Shown: piece after piece, positions 19,713 to 26,707 of the stretch
How positions within the stretch are numbered: the stretch's first letter is position 1
How the letters are laid out: each line of letters begins with the position of its first letter
Assembly: GCA_019358935.1 (NCBI GenBank)
Contig: JAHHIK010000079.1
Coordinates: 1 to 40,372, forward strand
Direction of reading: 5' to 3'
Origin: Tolypothrix carrinoi HA7290-LM1
GTDB lineage: Bacteria > Cyanobacteriota > Cyanobacteriia > Cyanobacteriales > Nostocaceae
DNA length: 40,372 nt
Notes under the pieces: model-generated
What the model was told of the DNA's origin: nothing
Databases searched by the model: none
The model's input: the letters and a program-made list of their open reading frames with translations, nothing else
Translations under genes and position numbers: made by a program

Positions 19713-20288
19713 TTACCAAATCGCTTCCAGATTCAATACAAACCCAGGTAAAATATCTTCCCCTGATAAACTAACAGGAGATTCCAACACCTCAACATCT
19801 TTCCCAATGCGATAAATCTCCACTTGCCGAGACTTGCGATTAATTAACCAACCCAAACGCGCACCATTATCTCGATATTCTCTCATCTTTTCTTGAGTGT
19901 CTCTCAAGCTATCAGTCGGTGAAAGTAATTCAACAACAAAATCAGGACAAAGTGGTAAAAATCTTATTTGTTGTTTTTGAGTTAGTGCATTCCATCTTTC
20001 TAATTTTATCCAAGAAGCATCAGGTGAACGGTCTGCACCATTAGGAAGTTTAAAACCACCAGAAGAATCAAAAACTTTACCTAATTTATTTTGCTCATTC
20101 CAAATCCAAACTTGAGCAGTTAATCCAGCGTTACGATTGCTTGTTTCTCCCCCTGTTGGTGGCATAATTATTAATTCTCCCGTAGCGGTGCGTTCAAATC
20201 TGAGATTTTCGTTTACCTGACATAACTGGAAAAATTGCTCATCTGTTAATTCAATAACAGGGTTGAGGTTGACTGTTAAAGCGTTCAT
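19713..20288 (-). CDS. Uma2 (DUF820) family putative endonuclease, copy 1
   Basis: ERTATGELIIMPP, FDSSGGFKLPNGADRSPDASW, CPDFVVELLSPTD. Confidence 0.93.
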   Translation of the reverse strand: MNALTVNLNPVIELTDEQFFQLCQVNENLRFERTATGELIIMPPTGGETSNRNAGLTAQVWIWNEQNKLGKVFDSSGGFKLPNGADRSPDASWIKLERWNALTQKQQIRFLPLCPDFVVELLSPTDSLRDTQEKMREYRDNGARLGWLINRKSRQVEIYRIGKDVEVLESPVSLSGEDILPGFVLNLEAIW

Positions 20289-20432
20289 AGTCAGATTTTA
20301 GGTGAGGATTAAGGCAAGTATATTGCGTGCCCTATAATAACTATTCTATTGCTTGTCTTCTTCGCTTTAGTAGAGAGTTATTTTCCAAAGTTTGTATAAT
20401 TTTAACCTTCGGTATTGTTTGTTCAAACACTC

Positions 20433-20653
20433 TTAAAACCCAAACGCTAAAGCATCAAGCATATTAATTCTGATGGAATAAGTGCTGCTTGAAACGGCTT
20501 CAATTCTCCATTAGCTGAAAATCGAGATAAATACTCTGCTGCATTATCGGGTTTGACAATTGAACGTCCTTTATATTCATCTACAAGTCCATCAATAAAT
20601 CCCTCTAAATAACCTTTAATTTCGGCGCGAGTTTTAGAACTAATAGCTGTCAT
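20433..20653 (-). pseudogene. Type II restriction endonuclease remnant, HgiCII/HgiBI/TdeIII-like, internally deleted
   Basis: MTAISSKTRAEIKGYLEGFI...GELKPFQAALIP resembles the N-terminus of HgiCII-family REases. It is then joined out of frame to a short terminal segment MLDALAFGF* ending at 20433. Confidence 0.7.
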
Positions 20654-20664
20654 GCGTATTAAAA

Positions 20665-22035
20665 TTATAAAATTATTGTTAGCAAAGCTTTCGCCAAATG
20701 GTAAACTACAGTTACTGATACAGCATTGCCAAATTGATGTTTTGCTGTTGATTCGTTATTAGCAATCTGAAACCATTCGGGAAAGCCTTGCAATCTGGCG
20801 TAATCTTGCGCTGTTAAAGGCTTGAATTTTTTCTGTTTGTAAATTTATGTAAGAAATGTTTGCTTATATGCTTCGGGTTCTTGACACTCTATTGATATTG
20901 TGGCTACAAAATCTCTAGTTCCAGTTGCGGTTAAAGTTGCGATCGCATCAGCATGAGGCAAGAAGATTTTAGATACACCATTAATTCCTGAAGATATTTT
21001 AGAGTTGACAAATTCATATCCTTGTTCTTCTACAAAACGTAGAATTTCTTTAGAAACCAAACTCTCAATTTCTTTCTGTTGTAAATCAGGAATTAACGTT
21101 TCTAATACTTGAAAACTTAATGGATTACCATCTTTGAGACCGTAAATCTTCTTCCTTCTATTTTTTAAGATAGTTTGACAAATTAACTTTTCTCTTATAC
21201 TTGTTTCAATTAAATCCCAAGAATGAATGGTAGTATGTCCATCCCTGATGTCAGCAAACAAAAAGAAATCATTTAATTCATCTATTTTCTGAAATCTCCC
21301 TCTAGAAGCCGGGATTTTACTATCAAATAAAACCTTTGTGGGAAACTTTTTTTTAATAAAATTAGCTTTTTGTAAACCAAGAACAACATCATATAGCTTA
21401 AGCTTTGTGTTTACAGGTTTAGGAAAAGTAAAACCCCAGCAATTTTCTATATCATTTCTAATTCCCACAATAAATATTCTATCTCTATCTTGCGGCAGTC
21501 CAAAATCATAGGAATTTAGCACCTGATATTTAATTACATAGCCAGATGCTGTAAGATTATTAATTATGTATTGCAGGCTTGGTCTATTTCTAGGTTCTGT
21601 TAAACCTTTAACATTCTCAAAAATAAAAGCTTTCGGTTGGTTAGCTTTTACTACTCTAAAAACATCAAGCCATAATTTGCCCCTTGGGTCATCCAAGCCT
21701 TGTAATTTACCTGCAATAGACCAAGGTTGACAGGGAACTCCACCAACTAATACATCTATTTCAAAAGGTAGTTGATTTAGCTGGGTAATATCTCCTAAAT
21801 AAACTTCCTCTGCATTATCAGATTTAATAAAATTGTTTTGATAAACTTTAATAGCTTCTTTGTCAATTTCTGAGTAGCCTAAGCATTTTCCTCCTAACTC
21901 TTCTAGAGGAATTCTAAATCCACCTATACCAGCAAATAAGTCTACAAACGTAAACTTAGATTTGCTACTTATGACATTTACAGGTTGAAATAATTGAAAT
22001 AATTCTAGTTGTTGACCATAAACACCTGGTTTCAT
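20665..22035 (-). pseudogene. C5 cytosine DNA methyltransferase (M.HgiBI/M.HgiCII-like) with an in-frame TAA at 20845-20847
   Basis: DLFAGIGG, GGVPCQPWS, FENVKG and QDRDRIFIVG motifs. Motifs IX/X (ARLQGFPEWF...QFGNAVSV) lie in the same frame after the stop and end at 20665. Confidence 0.85.
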
Positions 22036-22056
22036 TTACCTTGCGATCGCTACAAT

Positions 22057-22632
22057 CTACCAAATTGCTTTCAAATTTAACACAAACCCAGGCAGCACAT
22101 CTTCCCCAGACAAACTCACAGGAGATTCCAATACTTCAACTTCTTGTCCAATGCGATAAATTTCTACTTGCCGAGATTTGCGATTAATTAACCAACCCAA
22201 ACGCGCACCATTATCTCGATATTCTCGCATCTTTTCTTGAGTGTCTCTCAAACTATCAGTCGGTGAAAGTAACTCAACGACAAAATCAGGACAAAGTGGT
22301 AAAAATCTGGTTTGTTGTTCTTGAGTTAATGCATTCCATCTTTCTAATTTTATCCAAGAAGCATCAGGGGAACGGTCTGCACCATTAGGAAGTTTGAACC
22401 CAGTAGAAGAATCAAAAGCGATGCCAGTGTCATCTGCATCTGCCCAATTAAATAATTGTTGAGTTAGTCTACCGTTACGGTTTCCTGTTTCTCCCCCAGT
22501 GGGTGGCATAATGATTAATTCTCCAGTGGCTGTGCGTTCAAATCTCAAGTCCCGGTTTGCTTGACATAGCTGGAAAAATTGCTCATCTGTCAGTTCTAGT
22601 ATTGGTTTAAGGTTAACTGTTAGGGCGATCAT
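22057..22632 (-). CDS. Uma2 (DUF820) family putative endonuclease, copy 2
   Basis: Same 576-bp length as copy 1 from ATG 22632; long identical stretches (e.g. 22178-22226 = 19834-19882). Confidence 0.93.
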   Translation of the reverse strand: MIALTVNLKPILELTDEQFFQLCQANRDLRFERTATGELIIMPPTGGETGNRNGRLTQQLFNWADADDTGIAFDSSTGFKLPNGADRSPDASWIKLERWNALTQEQQTRFLPLCPDFVVELLSPTDSLRDTQEKMREYRDNGARLGWLINRKSRQVEIYRIGQEVEVLESPVSLSGEDVLPGFVLNLKAIW

Positions 22633-22755
22633 AAGCAGGATAGAGCATGAAGCCAAAAAGCTACTTATTTTATGATGGCATGATAGAAGGCGATCGCTTT
22701 GCAGAAAACCTCAAAAACAAACCGGAGCATCTCCGTGATTGAGAAGGGCTTGTCG

Positions 22756-23175
22756 TTAGACATCGCTTAAGATGCCTTTGCCGTTAGTTGCAGTTTGGGT
22801 AGGTTGAGTGGCTGTAACCGTTACAACTGAAGGAACTTGTGAAGTAGATTTTTTACCTCGCTTTCGACTAGACCCGCCTGCTTTTGAATACTCCATGCTG
22901 TTTCTGCCGTAGATAGTCGCGACTCCAGTAAGCATCCTCTCAGACAGTTGCGAGAGTGCTTTGTCCATCTGAGTTATAGTTTTACGAGATTCCTCAAGAT
23001 TAGACAGAAGCGTATTATGGGCTTCTAGGGTGGCACGGGTGTTAGCGATGAGGCTGGTGTAAGCTTCAATGCTTAATCCGTGCCCTAAATCCAGATTCTC
23101 ATCAATGGATTTAAGCAGGGCGAGACGGCGTTGAGCTTTGTCTATAGCAGCAGAACCGCGAGTTTTTAGAGACAT
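22756..23175 (-). CDS. Hypothetical helical protein with basic N- and C-termini (cyanobacterial family with a YGxxSxEYxxAGG motif)
   Basis: 139-aa ORF with an RBS-like spacer; coiled-coil core and YGRNSMEYSKAGG motif. Confidence 0.75.
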   Translation of the reverse strand: MSLKTRGSAAIDKAQRRLALLKSIDENLDLGHGLSIEAYTSLIANTRATLEAHNTLLSNLEESRKTITQMDKALSQLSERMLTGVATIYGRNSMEYSKAGGSSRKRGKKSTSQVPSVVTVTATQPTQTATNGKGILSDV

Positions 23176-23335
23176 GGGAGATATTTGTTGAATAGTTCTC
23201 TTTTAAGATAGTGGGATGCCCTTCTACGTGATAAGAGTAATTTTGTGGATTTAATTAACAGCTAAAATTGAAACCTTCTCTGTATTATTACTAATTTTTC
23301 GGTTCTGTCCGTTGTTTCGAGATAAATTAGTAACA

Positions 23336-23553
23336 GCGATCGCCAAAATCACAAATGCGATCGCCAAAATCACAAATGCGATCGCCAAAATCACAAATGC
23401 GATCGCCGAAATCACAAATGCGGTCGCCAAAATAGCAAATGCGGTCGCCAAAATCACAAATGCGGTCGCCAAAATCACAAATGCGATCGCAAAAATAGCA
23501 AATGCGGTCGCCGAAATAGCAAATGCGGTCGCAAAAATAGCAAATGCGATCGC
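23336..23553. repeat. 21-bp tandem repeat x10.4, consensus GCG(A/G)TCGCCAAAAT(CA/AG)CAAAT, each unit starting with HIP1 or a one-base variant
   Basis: Units counted at 23336, 23357 ... 23525, plus a final GCGATCGC at 23546-23553. Confidence 0.95.
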
Positions 23554-23642
23554 CTGTTGTGAAAGAGAGGTGCGATCGCCTGTAAGAGAAGATGAGCGAT
23601 GTCTACGCACCTCACAAACTCCCAAAATTGCATTCCCTAAAA

Positions 23643-23819
23643 TTACAAAGAAGCGATCGCCTCCTGTGCTAAAGCTTCCAATTTTCCATCAGCAATGTCT
23701 TTCTCTAATTGCTCATCCCAGCGTTGATAGTCCAAATCAGCAAACCACTCTATGAGTTTTTTATACTCATCAGGTGATAGTTGAAGAATCGCAGACTCAA
23801 TTTGCTCAAGGGTTAACAT
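23643..23819 (-). pseudogene. Orphan antitoxin-like gene (58 aa) truncated at a HIP1 site
   Basis: MLTLEQIESAILQLSPDEYKKLIEWFADLDYQRWDEQLEKDIADGKLEALAQEAIASL*. Similarity to this small antitoxin family ends at GCGATCGC (23653-23660) and no toxin follows. Confidence 0.6.
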
Positions 23820-23908
23820 CAAGGTACATCACCTTTACTCTGAACAAATTATAGCTTGCCTACCGATTATCCTTGTGTTGTAACTGATGTAGTTGTGGAA
23901 GAGTGAGT

Positions 23909-23945
23909 GCGTAGACGATTTACTCGGCTTGTCGTTAGACATCGC
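23909..23945. mobile_element. SDR5-like miniature repeat inserted in a HIP1 site (GCG^ATCGC)
   Basis: GCG-TAGACGATTTACTCGGCTTGTCGTTAGAC-ATCGC; sister copy at 24737-24771 and partial copy at 22747-22766. Confidence 0.7.
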
Positions 23946-23958
23946 TTTATGTAGACAT

Positions 23959-24315
23959 TCAATTCTCAATTTTGCGAATCCGAATAGTTGTTGGTGTGAT
24001 GACAGTAAAAGCTTCCAGCAACTCGTTAGTATGTTGGTTTATTGCACGGGTAACAATCTCCGCTTTTCTGATTGCAGATAATCCTGATAATCGAATTAGC
24101 ACAACACCTGAAGCGATACGACGTAGACGAAACACTAGTTCGCCAAAATCTTTATCAAATGTCAATAATAGCGCTCCTTCCTGGTTAGCCAAGTGCAGCA
24201 CTATATCATCAGAAATCCCCGGTTCCATTTCAGCAACGTACCAAACGATATGACCATCTTGGCGCAAACATTCGACTATTTGCCGATCTAGATTCTCGTC
24301 TGCTAAAAAGTTCAA
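23959..24315 (-). CDS. DUF5615 PIN-like toxin (VapC45 type)
   Basis: MNFLADENL, LLTFDKDFGELVF and GVVLIRL motifs. Confidence 0.88.
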   Translation of the reverse strand: MNFLADENLDRQIVECLRQDGHIVWYVAEMEPGISDDIVLHLANQEGALLLTFDKDFGELVFRLRRIASGVVLIRLSGLSAIRKAEIVTRAINQHTNELLEAFTVITPTTIRIRKIEN

Positions 24316-24557
24316 GAAGCATTTTCAACAATGGGATAAATCACATCATATCGTAAAGCATCAGCCGCAAATGCTAAAGCTGCTTGAATCGCTTCGCGTG
24401 TGAGTCGTGGATGAGATTCTAGGATTTGTTCTGGGGTTTCGCCAGCAGCTAACTTTTCTAGAATCAACTCGACAGTGATGCGTGTCCCGATAATTGCAGG
24501 TTTCCCCATCATTACTTTTGGATCGGATACAACTAGTTGTTGAAACTGCTTTTGCAT
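24312..24557 (-). CDS. DUF433 antitoxin
   Basis: DPKVMMGKPAIIGTRITVELILEKLAAGET.EQIL..HP.LT.E.I.AAL. Confidence 0.92.
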   Translation of the reverse strand: MQKQFQQLVVSDPKVMMGKPAIIGTRITVELILEKLAAGETPEQILESHPRLTREAIQAALAFAADALRYDVIYPIVENAS

Positions 24558-24736
24558 TGTCTTTGCTCGTTGCTAACTTATTCTATAATGACATTAGCAA
24601 TGGGCGATGCCACCCTGCACTCCCAAACAGTAATCGCTCTGCATATGACAAAGGAGCGATACCTACGGTAAGCTACGAAGATCGCACCTCATAACCCACA
24701 GCAAAAGCAATCGCTGATTATATGATGTCATTGTAG

Positions 24737-24771
24737 GCGTAGACGCGCAGCGGCTTGTCGTTAGACATCGC
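24737..24771. mobile_element. SDR5-like miniature repeat inserted in a HIP1 site
   Basis: GCG-TAGACGCGCAGCGGCTTGTCGTTAGAC-ATCGC. Confidence 0.7.
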
Positions 24772-24868
24772 TTGTATGGAAGATTCGGGCGATCGCCTTA
24801 CAGAATACCTCAAAAACAAAGCGATTATTTGTTCGGGAAGAGTGAGCCGCAATGAATGCATTCATCAG

Positions 24869-25081
24869 TTACGTGGACATCAACCGCTGTCTCGCTTCAG
24901 GAATGGTACGCCCTAATACGTTCGCAGTTTCAATCCACTCTTGCATAACTATTTCTATATTTTGCAGAGCTTCTTGATAAGTTTCGCCATCAGCAGCACA
25001 TCCAGGTAATTCTGGAACTTCGGCGATAAATGCTTGGTCTTCTTCGCTCCAGTAAAGGATTATTTCATAGCGAAGTGTCAT
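24869..25081 (-). CDS. hicB: HicB family antitoxin (short form); no intact hicA upstream
   Basis: YEIILYWSEEDQAFIAEVPELPGCAADGETYQEAL; GGAGG RBS upstream. Confidence 0.88.
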   Translation of the reverse strand: MTLRYEIILYWSEEDQAFIAEVPELPGCAADGETYQEALQNIEIVMQEWIETANVLGRTIPEARQRLMST

Positions 25082-25286
25082 TTTGTCCTCCTAACTATTA
25101 TTTATAAGTTGCTAAAAAAATCTTATATATCTGTAGAGATGCGAAATTTTGCGTCTCTACATTTTTTTAAGTTATCACTTTTTATCGAAGTTATTTATCA
25201 CTTTCAAGTGAAGTTAGTCTTCTTATCAGGTATCCAATAAATGGATATTTTATAAGAAGGCTATCGCCCAATATAAACATGATCAT

Positions 25287-25486
25287 ATGACTGTTCTTGA
25301 AGACTGTCGTACTTATTCAAGGCACTCATTTTTATAAAGAGCCTTCGGATTGATAAAAATTGAAAAGTCTTATGACTGTTCTTTCAAACTGTCGTACTTA
25401 TTCAAGGCACTCACATTGAGCTAACGCCTAAAGAATAAGTGAGATGAACTGTTCTTGAAGGCTGTCGTACTTATTCAAGGCACTCA
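25287..25486. repeat. Three ~42-bp direct repeats (25287-25328, 25372-25413, 25444-25486) with 43- and 30-bp spacers
   Basis: Consensus ATGACTGTTCTTGAAGACTGTCGTACTTATTCAAGGCACTCA. Confidence 0.92.
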
Positions 25487-25537
25487 TTTTTATAAGATCC
25501 TTCGGATTGATGAAAAGTGATTTGTAAGGAGTTAATT

Positions 25538-26020
25538 ATGCCTTTAATTAAGAAGATTGGATATATTCGTACTGAATTAACTAGTCTACGTAGTTGGTGT
25601 AAAGGTCAATCAGGTATGGGGGAAATGCACAATAGTCGTTACGCTTTTAACAGAACTCATAAGTGGTTTAAACACAGCGTCATTTTAGATAAAATTCCGA
25701 CTATTGATCCAGGTAATTGGGATGAGAGGGTCTTTAGACTTGGCGATCGCATTTATCCCGAATGGGATTGTGCCTTACTTTGTCATTATCGCCCTGGTGG
25801 TTGTATGATAACGCATACTGACCATGTGGTTTTTCACCCTTTCACTGTCTTAGTTAATATCGGATGTTGTACTTTCTGCATTGGAAATGAAGAATATTTT
25901 CTTGAAGATGGTCAGGTGATTTCGTTTCACTCTGACATTCCTCATCAACTTCTTCCTGTTTTCTCTGAGCGATGGTCATTGACTTTTCGTCGAATTCGTT
26001 CCCACTACTTCCATAATTAG
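25538..26020 (+). CDS. Short AlkB-like 2OG-Fe(II) dioxygenase
   Basis: HYRPGG.MITHTD (HxD), distal H in IPHQ, terminal ERWSLTFRR; AAGGAG RBS before ATG 25538. Confidence 0.72.
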   Translation: MPLIKKIGYIRTELTSLRSWCKGQSGMGEMHNSRYAFNRTHKWFKHSVILDKIPTIDPGNWDERVFRLGDRIYPEWDCALLCHYRPGGCMITHTDHVVFHPFTVLVNIGCCTFCIGNEEYFLEDGQVISFHSDIPHQLLPVFSERWSLTFRRIRSHYFHN

Positions 26021-26084
26021 TGTAGAATGTTGTCGTAGTCTGGATTTCATGTCTTTGGTGGTGTCGCCGATACACCTCTAAATT

Positions 26085-26380
26085 TTAATAATATTTCTTT
26101 TGCTTGCTTCCCCACCTGAAAAGCAGACTTCCTCTATCAACCTCATTCATCTCTTCGCTCTCGCCAACGAGGTCTTGGTTTTTCTCCTCTAATTCCCGCA
26201 TATAATGCCTAAGTATACCTCCAACCGCGATCGCTCTGGTTTTGTGCAGTTGGCGGGTTAACTCCAAAAACCATTCTCTATCCGCTACTAAATCAGACTC
26301 TTTGAGCTGATACTTCAGAATTTCTGGAATTAGTAATTTGGGGTCATGATGAAGTGCGATCGCACTTATATGAACTACGG
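26085..26380 (-). pseudogene. 3' fragment of a rolling-circle plasmid replication initiator (Rep_1/pC194 family)
   Basis: VVHISAI...IPEILKYQLKESDL (catalytic Tyr motif 3), L..TRAIAVGGIL, DL...LLFRW...KKYY. The 5' part is replaced by a palindromic repeat. Confidence 0.68.
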
Positions 26381-26389
26381 CTGAAGAAT

Positions 26390-26446
26390 TTAGCCCACGA
26401 AGGTGGGCTTCGTTTGTGTAGCCGCACCCTTCTAGGGTGTCGGCGA
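26390..26446. repeat. Right half of the multi-hairpin repeat family seen at 9067-9187
   Basis: TTAGCCCACG.AGGT..GCT...TAGC.GCACCCTTCTAGGGTGT shared. Confidence 0.7.
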
Positions 26447-26460
26447 TACGCACATCACAA

Positions 26461-26535
26461 CTATTCTACCCCCTCAATTCGATCCTCAACCTCTTGATAC
26501 AACTCGCGCAAGAGGTTGACTGTTAAAGCGTTCAT
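26461..26535 (-). pseudogene. Chimeric remnant: Uma2 5' end (MNALTVNL) fused in frame to a duplicate of the chlH 3' end ([16 protein letters not shown])
   Basis: 26461-26511 matches 26708-26758 with 6 mismatches; 26512-26535 matches the start of the Uma2 gene at 20288. Confidence 0.88.
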
Positions 26536-26571
26536 TGTAGGAGATTTTATTAAAGATTTAGGTAGGTAATC

Positions 26572-26703
26572 CATCCCGCCAAGGGTTATAAACCCTTGGC
26601 TAATAGCTTAAGTCGGTTCAAACCGACTGGTTATTATCAGTTTGACAGTCCGTTTTAACGGACTTAAGCTATTAGCCCGGAACTTAAGTTCCGGGCGGGT
26701 TAT
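26572..26703. repeat. Four-armed cruciform palindromic repeat directly downstream of chlH
   Basis: CCAAGGGTT/AACCCTTGG, GCTAATAGCTTAAGTC/GACTTAAGCTATTAGC and GCCCGGAACTT/AAGTTCCGGGC stems. Confidence 0.8.
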
Positions 26704-26707
26704 GTTG

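Noticed and set aside
23336..23553. CRISPR array
   Set aside because: Contiguous 21-bp tandem units with no unique spacers.
25287..25486. CRISPR array
   Set aside because: Only three units, unequal spacers, the sequence after unit 3 repeats spacer 1, and no cas genes in the window.
26381..26453. N-terminus of the listed 122-aa ORF as real protein
   Set aside because: It is a read-through of the palindromic repeat; only the downstream part resembles Rep.
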